The position numbers and the translations under genes are program-made. A stretch of DNA of 64,000 bases from the NCBI GenBank assembly GCA_963700145.1, contig OY969474.1:2368001-2432000 (forward strand), in the 5' to 3' direction. This document shows, one piece after another, positions 1 through 13,694 of this stretch. The first letter of the stretch is position 1. Each line of letters starts with the position of its first letter. The notes below the pieces were generated by a model that saw nothing but the letters and a program-made list of their open reading frames with translations, had not been told where the DNA came from and did not search any database. This DNA comes from an uncultured Acidobacteriota bacterium. Lineage in GTDB: Bacteria; Acidobacteriota; Thermoanaerobaculia; Multivoradales; UBA5704.

Positions 1-2
1 AA

Positions 3-1380
<1,378 letters not shown>

Positions 1381-1391
<11 letters not shown>

Positions 1392-2697
1392 CTGGAGTTC
1401 CGCACCCCTGGAAGAGTTGGTGGAGGATATCCTGGATCGTCGGGGGGTGACGCCTCTCAAACTCGGCTCCGACTTCGTGTCCACGGGCTACCGGGTGATT
1501 TCGGCGAAACTCATTAAGGATGGTCGGATCGATCTTTCCGCGGATGATCCCCGGTTCGTCGACAGATCGACCTACGAAAAATGGATGCGCACCTCTCTTC
1601 TCACTGACGATGTAATTCTCACATCTGAAGCCCCTCTCGGTGAATTAGCCTATATAGCAGAACCGGTCCAGTGGTGTCTGGGCCAGCGCTTGTTTTGCAT
1701 CAGGACGAAGAAGTCTCGGCTCCACGGTCGCTTCCTCTACTACGCACTCCAATCAGAGGATGTGCGCCGCGACCTTCTCTCGCGGGCGACGGGTACGACG
1801 GCCCAAGGTATCCGGCAAACGGAACTTCGGCGTGTCCTGATCCCGTTACCCCACCCTGACGAGCAACGCGCCATTGCTCACATTCTCGGCACGTTGGACG
1901 ACAAGATCGAGCTGAACCATCGGACAAACGAGACGCTAGAGGCGATGGCGCGGGCGATCTTTCGGTCGTGGTTTGTCGACTTCGACCCAGTCCGCGCCAA
2001 GGCTGAAGGCCGCGACCCTGGCCTGCCCAAGCCTATCGCTGACTTGTTCCCTAATCGCTTAGAAGACTCCGAGGTGGGCGAGATTCCGGCGGGGTGGCAG
2101 GCAGGCTCGCTTGCCGACTTCGTGGTCTTGAACCCCGAGAGTTGGTCAACGAAGACTCGGCCGGCCGTTATTGAGTATATCGATCTATCGAACACAAAGT
2201 GGGGCAGGATTGAGGCAGTAATTCCCTACTCCCAGCTCGACGCGCCAAGCCGTGCCCAGCGGGTGCTCAAAGCTGGGGATACGATCGTCGGTACCGTGCG
2301 TCCCGGGAACGGCTCATACGCTTATGTCACTGATGATGGACTCACGGGAAGCAGCGCGTTCGCGGTCCTGAGACCGCGGGCCTCCCAGTACCGCGAGTTC
2401 GTGTATCTCGCGGCGACTGCTGCGGAGAACATCGCCGCCCTCTCTCATTTAGCTGACGGTGGCGCCTACCCTGCTGTTAGTCCCGAGGTCGTCATATCAA
2501 CACGGGTTGCAAGCCCCTCGCATGATGTAGTCCGTCACTTTGCTACAGCAGCTGGCCCTCTGCTCGCCAAGATAGCGCAGAATGAACGTGACTCCCGCAC
2601 TTTGGTAGGCCTACGCAACGAGCTTCTGCCCAAACTCATCTCGGGCGAGCTGCGGGTGAAAGACGCCAAGCGATTCATCGGAGCAACGGTGCAATGA
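1381..2697 (+). CDS. hsdS: Type I R-M specificity subunit S
   Basis: Conserved [26 protein letters not shown] and C-terminal [16 protein letters not shown] surround two variable TRDs. Overlaps the hsdM stop. Confidence 0.95.
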
Positions 2698-3351
2698 CCT
2701 CTCTCCCGCCGTGGGCCAATGGACCCTTTGAACTGCTTCTGCATGCGGAGGGCCACCTGCGAGAAGGTGGGGACTTCGACCGCCGCATCGCGCTCATCAG
2801 TTTCGATAATGCGATCGAGGTGGCGATCGCTACCTACCTCACGCTGAACCCGATTCAACGGGGAGGACGGCACTATTCGAAATCCGATGTGGACAAGTGG
2901 CTCAACAACTACCATGCCAGACTTGAGTTTCTCGAAGCCGAGCTCGTCCGACGCGGCGTCGCTTGGTCTATTGATAGGAGCCACATCGTCTGGGCCCATG
3001 ACCACCGCAACGAGCAATATCACGGTGGACACAAGGGACCCCTGAAAGAGTTGTGCTTCAGATTGTGCGCGATGCTGCGTTCTGGATTTTCTCAATGCTG
3101 TTCGATGTGACCGATCTTGAGGCGATCCTGGAGAAGGCGATCCTGGATAACGCACGACCAGCGGGGCCCGTTCGTGAGAAGCGACTCGATGTGGCAATCG
3201 ACGGCAGGTACGGCATAATCGAAGTCGGCGAACAGAGGTACTATACGAGCGAGTTGCTGTTTGCCGCCGATTACGCTGCCTACCGCGATCTCGGCGATCG
3301 ACTCTGCACCTCCGGCGCTGACTCGAACATCAGCCAGGATGGCAGACTGCC

Positions 3352-3355
<4 letters not shown>
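2694..3355 (+). CDS. HEPN-like protein (RNEQYH), split by a probable 1-nt indel near 3037
   Basis: ORFs 2694-3110 and 3053-3355 join as ...[28 protein letters not shown]... if one base is added at AAGGGACCCC. It has ATGA overlaps with hsdS and hsdR, an Rx4H motif and an upstream DNAIE helix. Confidence 0.65.
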
Positions 3356-6492
<3,137 letters not shown>

Positions 6493-6642
6493 ACTGGCAC
6501 GACACGCTTGTCCACGTGCAGCGCCGGCCACCTTGGCGCCGATGTCGCTGGTGTTGATCCGCACGGTGCTGCGAAAAACTGTACTTCGGGAAGCAGGCGG
6601 GAATCGACTTGCCGGCAGCACGTGTTGCGCGGGTAAGGCTCC

Positions 6643-8436
6643 TTACGGAGAGGCGAGTTTTCGGATGGCCTTCGCGGCAAGCAGGAGCGAAGAGACTGCC
6701 ACCGTATCAACGGCCAGCAGCAGGATCGCGAAGTAGAGCACGGTCGCCCAGCCACTCTTCCGGTCGAAAAGGAACTTGCTGTCTTTCAGGTGCGGGTCGG
6801 CCAAGAGGCGCTTGATTTCCTCGGGCAGCAAGACATCCTTGAACGACTGAATGTACTCGTCGTGCTGAGCCATGCGCAGCCGATAGGATCGCCGCACGGT
6901 CGGCAGGTGGTAAAGCAGTACTAGGAGCATGTAGGAGGCGGTCACCATGGCGGCGCCGAGGACGGCCCAGAGGGTGAGGTCGGGCTTGAGGATCGCTCCC
7001 ACCAGGCCGGCGGCCACCACCCCGGCGATCTTGTAGAGGTCCGAGCTGACATCACGAGTGAGGGAGATTACGGCGCTGGCGGTTTCGGCCACCGCCTGCC
7101 GGATGCGGTCCTGCACCTTCTCGCGGGCGTCAAAGTAGGTCTTGACATCCGCTCTGAGGTCGCGGTCGTAGGTCTTCTTGGTGGCGTCGCGGATCTCCGG
7201 AGCTCGCTGGCACAGAGAGTCGAGGTCCTGGGCCATGAGGGATAGAAACTGCTGGGCGATCTCGAGCTTGTCCGCCTTGAAGCGCTCAGAGGCGTCGGCC
7301 CAGAGGGCGAAGATTCCATCCGCACAGGGCATCCGCGCCAAGAAGTCGCTCCGGCTCACGGTGCAACGTGACTGCCCGAGGCCTCGGTACTCGACGACGT
7401 ACCTGTCCTTCGCTCCGACCTCGACAGCGGAGACGTCTTTCCTCTCGGGCTCGAGCTTCTCGACGACGTCCGCCAGGAAGAGAATGGAAAGGAGGCCCTT
7501 GAGGCCTCCCCACTGGCGCCGGACGGGGTCGGCACCCGGCCCAGCATCGTCCACCGCGAAGACGAAAACGTCAGGCGTCAGCCAACGGGTCGGGGACGAC
7601 CAGAAACCCTGAAACTTGCGGAACTCCAGCGTCTGCCGCGCCTTTCCCGCCGCCTCCGCCCCTCTCGCCACCTCCACGGGAGACGGTGAGAGGGCAGCGA
7701 CCGTCGCCTCGGCTCCGCAGACCGTCAGGCGGTCGCCCTTCATCGCTCCTACCAGACCGAACACCGGGATCACCGTCCGCGTGCCGAAGGGAAAGAAATC
7801 CTCCTCCAACTGAGAGATAGACCTGGCCTCCAGCGCGTCGGCGAGGGCCTCCACGAAGAGGAAGCTCACGACGTGCAGGGCGGGCTCGCCGCCGTCCACC
7901 TGCTCCAGCTCGGCGTTGATTGGACTTTTGTTGAAGTAGATCTCGACCCTGAGCTCGAGGATCGCACCGGCCGTCTCCAGCGTACCCAGCTCGCGAAGGA
8001 CATCCTCCGCCGGCAGTCCTTCTTCTTGAGCCTCTGCCCATTCCCACAAGGGCGAGAAGGTCGCTTCCGCCGGCGGTTCACCGTCGTCCTCGCTGATAGG
8101 CCATTCCGCGGGCTGGGCGGCGAGCACTGGATCGCCGTCACTCGCTGACAGACTGAACAAGGCGGCCCGGCCGTGGGCGCCCACCTCCAGGCGCACCTCG
8201 AATCCCGCTGCGAGCAGCGGCGGAGCGATCTCCGCCAAGCAGCGTCGTAGCCAGTCCACGCGCTCCTTGGATGTTTCACCGTCGGTCCCCACGACCTTGG
8301 CGGTTAGGTGGTAATCGGTCGGGGCCTCGCGGGCATAGAGGGTCCCCTCCAGCCGCACCGCGGGATCGTCAGCGAGCTTCTGGAGGGTGGCCACCGCCGC
8401 CGCCAGCCGCGCGACGGCGTCGGGGGGGTCAGGCAT
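6643..8436 (-). CDS. Hypothetical 597-aa protein with a large soluble N-terminus and about 3 C-terminal TM helices
   Basis: Long ORF with typical protein composition. Hydrophobic segments IAGVVAAGLVGAIL, LWAVLGAAMVTASYMLLVLLY and WATVLYFAILLLAV. Overlaps the upstream gene by 8 nt. Confidence 0.8.
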   Translation of the reverse strand: MPDPPDAVARLAAAVATLQKLADDPAVRLEGTLYAREAPTDYHLTAKVVGTDGETSKERVDWLRRCLAEIAPPLLAAGFEVRLEVGAHGRAALFSLSASDGDPVLAAQPAEWPISEDDGEPPAEATFSPLWEWAEAQEEGLPAEDVLRELGTLETAGAILELRVEIYFNKSPINAELEQVDGGEPALHVVSFLFVEALADALEARSISQLEEDFFPFGTRTVIPVFGLVGAMKGDRLTVCGAEATVAALSPSPVEVARGAEAAGKARQTLEFRKFQGFWSSPTRWLTPDVFVFAVDDAGPGADPVRRQWGGLKGLLSILFLADVVEKLEPERKDVSAVEVGAKDRYVVEYRGLGQSRCTVSRSDFLARMPCADGIFALWADASERFKADKLEIAQQFLSLMAQDLDSLCQRAPEIRDATKKTYDRDLRADVKTYFDAREKVQDRIRQAVAETASAVISLTRDVSSDLYKIAGVVAAGLVGAILKPDLTLWAVLGAAMVTASYMLLVLLYHLPTVRRSYRLRMAQHDEYIQSFKDVLLPEEIKRLLADPHLKDSKFLFDRKSGWATVLYFAILLLAVDTVAVSSLLLAAKAIRKLASP

Positions 8437-9499
8437 GGTAGGTCTCGTCGCACTGCTGACTGCGGATCGTCAGCTCCCACTCGTTGCCCACTTTCTTCTT
8501 GTTCACTCGGCGCTTCATCGCCTCCCACGGCCCCTCGATGTGGATGCCCTCGGACAGTTGGTACCGGAGCTTCGAGCGGCGCAACACCTGCCCGGGGAGG
8601 CGGACCTGATCGAGCCCACGCGCATGCATTGCGTCCTGCAGCTCCTTCCCAGCCTTTACTTCCGCTAGACCGGCGAGCCCCTTACGCCTTTTCGCCGCTT
8701 TCCCGAGGGTCTCTTCGATCGCTTGGGAAGTCACCTGGTCCAGTTCCTTAAGCATCCCGAACACCAGGGGAGCCGCCGAGCGCGCCGTCCTCTCGTCGAG
8801 CTGCCGCGTGAGCGTCTCCTCGACGGCCCCGATCGTGTCGCCCAAGTCCTCCGTCACCGTGCGGCTCAACCGGCAGCCCAGAAAGTCCACGAAGTACTGC
8901 GCCGGATCCGGCGTGCCCTCCTGGTCGCGGATCTTGAGGCCCGTGCGACGGCCAGGATGAGGGATCACCGCCCACTTGAGAACCCGGTCGCTGACCTCTG
9001 GCAGAGCCCTCTCGATCTGCTCGACGGCGAGGCCGAGCAGAACCCTATTCGCCTGGTCCGCGCGGTAGACGATCCTTTCCGCTTTCTCCGGGTCCAGCTT
9101 GATCAATACCAGGAACTGTTCGTCGGGTGTTTGACTCTCTGTGACCCAAAGAGCCAAAAGGAGACCCGGAGAGGTGCTCTTCTTCTGGGAGACCCGGTGG
9201 AGCTCCCGGGCCATGTCCTTCGACCGCGCGAAGAATTCGCCGGGGACTCTGCGGAGGCCCTGGTAGATCTGGGCGAGGGTGGAGTTTTTCTCGAAAGTCG
9301 CGAAGCGGGTGCGCGGCGAATCAGGGGCCTTCCAGATCGCGCCGAGATGATCGAAGAAGAACTCCTCGACCGTTTTCTTCTCGTCATCCGAGAAGGCAGG
9401 CGGCTGGAGCGAGATCTCGCCTTGCGAGAACTGCGGGCCCTCGGGCCGCTTCCGGTCGACGAGATGAACGGCGACGTGGTTCAGGGTGAATTGGGCCAT
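8429..9499 (-). CDS. Nucleoid-associated protein NdpA/YejK (NA37)-like
   Basis: The ATG at 9499 follows a GGAGG RBS. Sequence MAQFTLNHVAVHLVD...FFARSKDMARELH...SPGLLL...LVLIKLD...AQYFVDFLGC resembles the NA37 family pattern. Confidence 0.65.
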   Translation of the reverse strand: MAQFTLNHVAVHLVDRKRPEGPQFSQGEISLQPPAFSDDEKKTVEEFFFDHLGAIWKAPDSPRTRFATFEKNSTLAQIYQGLRRVPGEFFARSKDMARELHRVSQKKSTSPGLLLALWVTESQTPDEQFLVLIKLDPEKAERIVYRADQANRVLLGLAVEQIERALPEVSDRVLKWAVIPHPGRRTGLKIRDQEGTPDPAQYFVDFLGCRLSRTVTEDLGDTIGAVEETLTRQLDERTARSAAPLVFGMLKELDQVTSQAIEETLGKAAKRRKGLAGLAEVKAGKELQDAMHARGLDQVRLPGQVLRRSKLRYQLSEGIHIEGPWEAMKRRVNKKKVGNEWELTIRSQQCDETYHA

Positions 9500-9586
9500 T
9501 CGGTGCCTCCCTTCTGGCCAATCGAGATTTGTCGGCTCAAAGCAAACGCACATTCTACTCCTCCGTCTCGTATTACACTCACGAGC

Positions 9587-9774
9587 ATGGGCGAAGCTGC
9601 AGACAGGTTCTCGAAACCCTGGAGCGGCTCCCGGCGGCGGAGCGCGAAGAGGTCGTGGGGGCAATCCTGCGCCGCGCCGCCCTGTTGGAGCAGGCGCTGC
9701 CCGAGGAACAGGAACTTGTTGACGCAGCCGATCGCCTCTTTCTCGAGTTCGATCGCCGCGAACAACTCGAATGA
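9587..9774 (+). CDS. Small antitoxin-like protein (probable 1-nt indel near 9600)
   Basis: Reads MGEA(A)RQVLETLERLPAAEREEVVGAILRR...ELVDAADRLFLEFDRRE. A TACACT -10 box lies 7 nt before the ATG, and the stop overlaps a PemK-like remnant. Confidence 0.5.
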
Positions 9775-9915
9775 GGTCTCCGCAACACGGAGAGGTCCGG
9801 CTCGTCGACCCAGGTCACGATCCCGCTTGCGAAGCTGGTGCGGAACTCGGCAGGCTGACTCCCGCTCAGTTGGGTCTCGTCGAGTCCACCGCTGCAGGAT
9901 GGCTCGGGCTTCCTT
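9771..9915 (+). pseudogene. PemK/MazF-family toxin remnant with an internal deletion
   Basis: N-terminal MRSPQHGEVRLVDPG is joined directly to C-terminal VTIPLAKLVR..GRLTPAQLGLVE..WLGL, with the catalytic middle missing. Confidence 0.55.
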
Positions 9916-9955
9916 CGCGCTTCGAACAATCGGGGGCCTAGCGTTGGAGACACTA

Positions 9956-10168
9956 GTGGGAAGACGGCACCGGAAGCTCGTTCATGAGGGTGACTACGCG
10001 GCTCAGGTCGAGGTCGAGCTGATCGAGACGGATGGGGGATGGTCCCCCTACTTGTCGCTCGAGGACGCTGAGAAGCTCGACGCGGTTCGCGAGGCGCTCC
10101 GGCGCGGCGAGGTCGGCGAGGCGAGCAAGCTCGCCCGTGTCTACCGCCTCACGCCTGTCTCGGCCTGA
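9956..10168 (+). CDS. Small conserved hypothetical protein (70 aa)
   Basis: GTG start after GGAGA. KLVHEGDYAAQVEVELIETDGGWSPYLSLEDAEKLDAVREALRRG is a protein-like small ORF of the kind found in TA neighbourhoods. Confidence 0.65.
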   Translation: MGRRHRKLVHEGDYAAQVEVELIETDGGWSPYLSLEDAEKLDAVREALRRGEVGEASKLARVYRLTPVSA

Positions 10169-10180
10169 TGCCCCGAGCCC

Positions 10181-10273
10181 ATGCACACCGTCGAAGAGAT
10201 CGAGCGTGCCGTCGCCGAGCTGTCGCGGGCGGACCTCAGCGCCTTCCGCGAGGGCCGCACGCGCCGGCTTTGA
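10181..10273 (+). pseudogene. Internally deleted small antitoxin-like gene (30 codons)
   Basis: MHTVEEIERAVAELSRADLSAFREGRTRRL looks like the N- and C-termini of a ~70-aa antitoxin-like protein fused together. Confidence 0.45.
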
Positions 10274-10324
10274 GGGACCGTCCCGCAAGCACCCGCGGGC
10301 GGAGGGCTCGACGCCGTTTTCATC

Positions 10325-10402
10325 TGGCCGACCACTAACCTTTCAATCGGCCGGTAGCTAACCTTGCGATTGGCCGAGCCGTAAGGTTACGATCGGCCGA
10401 CC
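10325..10402 (+). repeat. Four degenerate direct repeats at 23-bp spacing upstream of the AAA gene
   Basis: GGCCG occurs at 10326, 10349, 10372 and 10395. Units: tggccgaccactaacctttcaat / cggccggtagctaaccttgcgat / tggccgagccgtaaggttacgat / cggccgacc. Confidence 0.7.
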
Positions 10403-11653
10403 GTGGCCGCCGCGACCTTCTACTCCCGTTTCGTCGAGCCGCGCCTTGCCGAGGCGCTGGCCGATTCCCCCGTGGTGCTGATCCACGGCCCGCGGCAGTG
10501 CGGCAAGACGACGCTGGCGCGCCGCATGGGCGAGCGCGCCGGCTACGCGTACTTCAACTTTGACGACCCCGTGGCGCTGGCGGCCGCCGCCGAAGATCCC
10601 GTGGGCTTCGTGGCGGACCTGCCGGAGCGCACGATCCTGGACGAAGTGCAGCATGCCCCGGCGCTCTTCACGGCGCTCAAGTCGGCCGTGGACCGCCGCC
10701 GCACGCCCGGCCGCTTTCTGCTCACCGGCTCCGCGAACGTGCTGCTGCTGCCCCGGCTGGCGGACTCACTGGCCGGGCGGATGGAGATCCTGCGGCTGCA
10801 TCCGCTGGCGCAGGCGGAACTGGCGGGAAAGCCTCCGGACTTCCTCGATGCCCTCTTCCGCAGTGCATTCAAGACCCGAACGCGGCCGCGCCTCGCGCAG
10901 GACCTCGCCGCGCGGATTATCGCCGGCGGTTACCCGGCAGCGCTGGCGCGCTCTTCGCCACAGCGCCGAGCGGCCTGGTACCGCGACTACATCGAGACCC
11001 TCGTGCAGCGCGACGTGCGCGATCTGGCGCGCATCAACGCGCTCGACGCCCTGCCGCGCCTGCTCGCCTTGGCCGCCGGACAGACGTCGCGACTGCTCAA
11101 CATCACCGACCTCGCCGCGCCGTTTCAGCTCAGCCGGCCGACGATCCGCGATTACGTCACGCTGCTGGAGCGTGTGTTCCTGCTCGAGACGCTGCCGCCG
11201 TGGCACAGCAACCGGTTGAGCCGCCTGATCAAGACCGCCAAGCTCCATCTGGGCGACACGGGGCTCGCCTGCGCCCTGCTCGGGCTGGACCCGGCGAGCC
11301 TCGCGGCGGACCGCAGCCTGCTCGGACAGTTGCTCGAGACCTTCGTCTTCCAGGAGCTGCGGCGACAGGCGAGTTGGCGCGACGAGCCCATCCGGTTCTT
11401 CCACTTCCGGGACAAGGACGGGGCGGAAGCGGACATCGTGCTCGAGCGAGGCGCCCGCGAGGTGGCCGGCATCGAGGTCAAAGCCGGCGCCACTGTCACC
11501 CCGGCAGACTTCCGGGGCCTGCGCAAGCTGCGCGAGGCGGCCGGGGCGCGGTTTCTGGGAGGTGTCGTGCTCTACGACGGTGAGACGAGCGCCTCTTTCG
11601 GCGACGGCCTCTTCGCAGTGCCGCTCCGCTGTCTGTGGGAAGCCTCATCGTGA
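10403..11653 (+). CDS. AAA ATPase with C-terminal DUF4143 (PD-(D/E)XK-like) domain
   Basis: Walker A GPRQCGKT, Walker B ILDEVQ, LTGS, GGYP, KLHLGDTGL and EADIV...IEVK. Confidence 0.9.
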   Translation: MAAATFYSRFVEPRLAEALADSPVVLIHGPRQCGKTTLARRMGERAGYAYFNFDDPVALAAAAEDPVGFVADLPERTILDEVQHAPALFTALKSAVDRRRTPGRFLLTGSANVLLLPRLADSLAGRMEILRLHPLAQAELAGKPPDFLDALFRSAFKTRTRPRLAQDLAARIIAGGYPAALARSSPQRRAAWYRDYIETLVQRDVRDLARINALDALPRLLALAAGQTSRLLNITDLAAPFQLSRPTIRDYVTLLERVFLLETLPPWHSNRLSRLIKTAKLHLGDTGLACALLGLDPASLAADRSLLGQLLETFVFQELRRQASWRDEPIRFFHFRDKDGAEADIVLERGAREVAGIEVKAGATVTPADFRGLRKLREAAGARFLGGVVLYDGETSASFGDGLFAVPLRCLWEASS

Positions 11654-11717
11654 GTGCGTTCAGCGAATCCTGGCCGGCTCGCCGGGGGGGGCCGCGGCCC
11701 CACAGTTTGATGGGTGC

Positions 11718-12110
11718 CGAGCACAGGTAAAGCTTAGAGGGAAAGAGTTTGGGGGCGCCGGGCTAGTTTTTCGGGGCGCTGGAGATTCATTTCGAGGTGC
11801 TCGGGATAGATCTCGGACCGCTGGAGATAGATCTCCAGGCATCGGAGATTCATTTCCGGGCCCTGGAGATAGATCTCCATGCATAGGAGTCTTATCTCCG
11901 GGCACCCAAGATAGATCTCCGTCTATGGAAGATCTATCTCGAGGCCCCGGAGATGAATCTCGGGGACCGCAAGATGTCCCGGCGGAGGCGCACAATCCTC
12001 CGCCGCCGGCGCGGATCGGCCCGCCGGGGCTCGAGATCCCGCCGCGAGACCTGGCGGCGTTAGCTGCGGGCCTTCCGGGCTTAGCTGCAGGGCCGGCGGC
12101 GATGACTGGA
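11718..12110. repeat. Degenerate 21-bp tandem array with a drifting consensus (core GGAGAT-NN-ATCTCC)
   Basis: Units from 11778 include gctggagattcatttcgaggt, gctcgggatagatctcggacc, gctggagatagatctccaggc, atcggagattcatttccgggc and cctggagatagatctccatgc. At least 9 units are clear (11778-11966), with weaker ones on both sides. Confidence 0.8.
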
Positions 12111-12149
12111 GCGTTCCGGCGAACGTCTGCAGGGGGCGGTGACGATTAC

Positions 12150-12230
12150 CCCGAGTCCCAAGGCCTGATCCGGGGCCGCCGGACATTCCTGCTGGAGGCT
12201 TGGTATGGGTATCACGGCGACGCGAGCTGA
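12150..12230 (+). pseudogene. C-terminal remnant of a DUF4160-like gene
   Basis: LIRGRRTFLLEAWYGYHG* resembles the DUF4160 C-terminus and overlaps a DUF2442 gene, its usual partner. Confidence 0.45.
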
Positions 12231-12483
12231 CGAACGGGTCCGCGACCTGTCCTTCTCGGAGGACTCCTTCACCGTCGAGCTGATGGACGGCCGCGCGATC
12301 ACCACGCCTCTCGCCTGGTTCCCTCGGCTCCTGCATGCGACTCCGGAGCAAAGGATGAACTGGAAGGTGAGCGGCGGGGGCTACGGCATCCACTGGCCCG
12401 ACGTCGACGAGGACATCTCCACGGAAGGCCTCCTGCGAGGCGCCCCTGCGCCACGGGGAACGGTCGTGGCGCAGGGCCGCTGA
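12205..12483 (+). CDS. DUF2442 family protein
   Basis: VELMDGRAITTPLAWFPRLLHATPEQRMNW...GIHWPDVDEDISTEGLL. Confidence 0.85.
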   Translation: MGITATRADERVRDLSFSEDSFTVELMDGRAITTPLAWFPRLLHATPEQRMNWKVSGGGYGIHWPDVDEDISTEGLLRGAPAPRGTVVAQGR

Positions 12484-12490
12484 GCTCGCC

Positions 12491-13558
12491 TTAAGGCACC
12501 GGCGCCCCCTTGTCGTCGACGAAGACGTCGAAGACGCAGAAAAGGCTCGGGTCCGGGGGGACGACCAGGCTGGCGTGGTTGGTCACCAGCAGGGCGCCGT
12601 TGTGGTCGTCGAAGGCGATGTTGGCGGGGTTGGCCCAGGGCATCGGGTCGGGCGAACCGCCGGGGTTGGCGGCGGGGCCGGAGTAGCGGGCCGCCTCGCT
12701 GCCGTCGGGGGCGAGGACGGAGATCTGGCTCGTGCCGGCGAGGGCGACGTAGAGCTTGCCCGACTTGCCGAAGGCGATGCCGTCGGGGCCGGGGAGGAAG
12801 CCGGGGGCCGGGTCGGGGAAGGGGTAGCGGTGGAACTCCTCGAGATCGCCCGCCGTGGGGCTCTCGACCAGGGGCAGCCGGTAGACGACGCCGTCGAGGG
12901 TGCCGTTCTCGGCGGTCACCGTGACATAGATCTTCATGTCGTTCCGGTCGATGCGGATGCCGTTGGCGCCGAAGGGCACGGCGGGGTCGCCGGCCAGGCG
13001 CGGGTCGGTGAACCACACGGACGGCGCGCCGCCGCCGGGCGGGACGCGGAAGATCGTGGCCTGGAACGAGTCGGTGACGTAGAGGTTGCCGGCGTCGTCG
13101 AAGACCAGCTCGTTGAGCAGCGAGGTGCCCGGGCCGCCGGGCGCCGGGAACGGCCCGGCGTAGACCGCCTGCGTGTTGGCCGGGTCGAGGTCGAAGGCGA
13201 TGACGACGCCCATGAAGGGCTCGGGCGCGTAGAGCCGGCCGTCGGGCCCGAAGTTGCCAGGCGAGAGCGCCTTCATCACCGACGGGCTCGGGTCCTGGAG
13301 GGTGACCGGGAAGGTGTCCACCAGGGCGCCGGTCTTGCGGTCGTAGGCCCAGATGGCGGACGGGGTGAAGATCCCGAAGTTGGCCGGGCCGGTGACGTAG
13401 ACGCGGTTGCCCTTGGTGGCGATGCCCTCGGGGAAGCCGGGCGTGGCCGGCACCGGGGCGAAGACGACGGAGTCGCCGAGCGGACGCTGGGCGAGAGCCG
13501 GGGTGGCGGCGAGCGCCGCCAGCCCGCCGACGATGGCGAGACACAGCTTGCTTTGCAT
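12491..13558 (-). CDS. Secreted SMP-30/gluconolactonase/LRE-family beta-propeller
   Basis: Signal peptide MQSKLCLAIVGGLAALAATPALA after a GGAGG RBS. Blades FPEGIA, NELVFDDAGNLYVTDS, GANGI and GPDGIAF. Confidence 0.85.
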   Translation of the reverse strand: MQSKLCLAIVGGLAALAATPALAQRPLGDSVVFAPVPATPGFPEGIATKGNRVYVTGPANFGIFTPSAIWAYDRKTGALVDTFPVTLQDPSPSVMKALSPGNFGPDGRLYAPEPFMGVVIAFDLDPANTQAVYAGPFPAPGGPGTSLLNELVFDDAGNLYVTDSFQATIFRVPPGGGAPSVWFTDPRLAGDPAVPFGANGIRIDRNDMKIYVTVTAENGTLDGVVYRLPLVESPTAGDLEEFHRYPFPDPAPGFLPGPDGIAFGKSGKLYVALAGTSQISVLAPDGSEAARYSGPAANPGGSPDPMPWANPANIAFDDHNGALLVTNHASLVVPPDPSLFCVFDVFVDDKGAPVP

Positions 13559-13694
13559 GGGAATCCTCCCTGGTAGCTGAAGGTGCGGCGACCGCCCCCC
13601 GGCGGGACGGTTGCTGGCGCCGGCTCGCGACCTCTTGCGGCCCGCCCCGGTGGGGAGTATCCTTCGCCTAAGAACCTTAGGGAACGGAGCGCAG

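Noticed and set aside
11718-12110. Possible CRISPR array (also 40131-40386 and 63848-64000)
   Set aside because: No identical repeats alternating with unique spacers, periods of only 20-21 bp, and no cas genes.
9500-12500. Integron cassette array explaining the stacked small TA genes
   Set aside because: I could not find attC-like RYYYAAC...GTTRRRY structures or an integrase.
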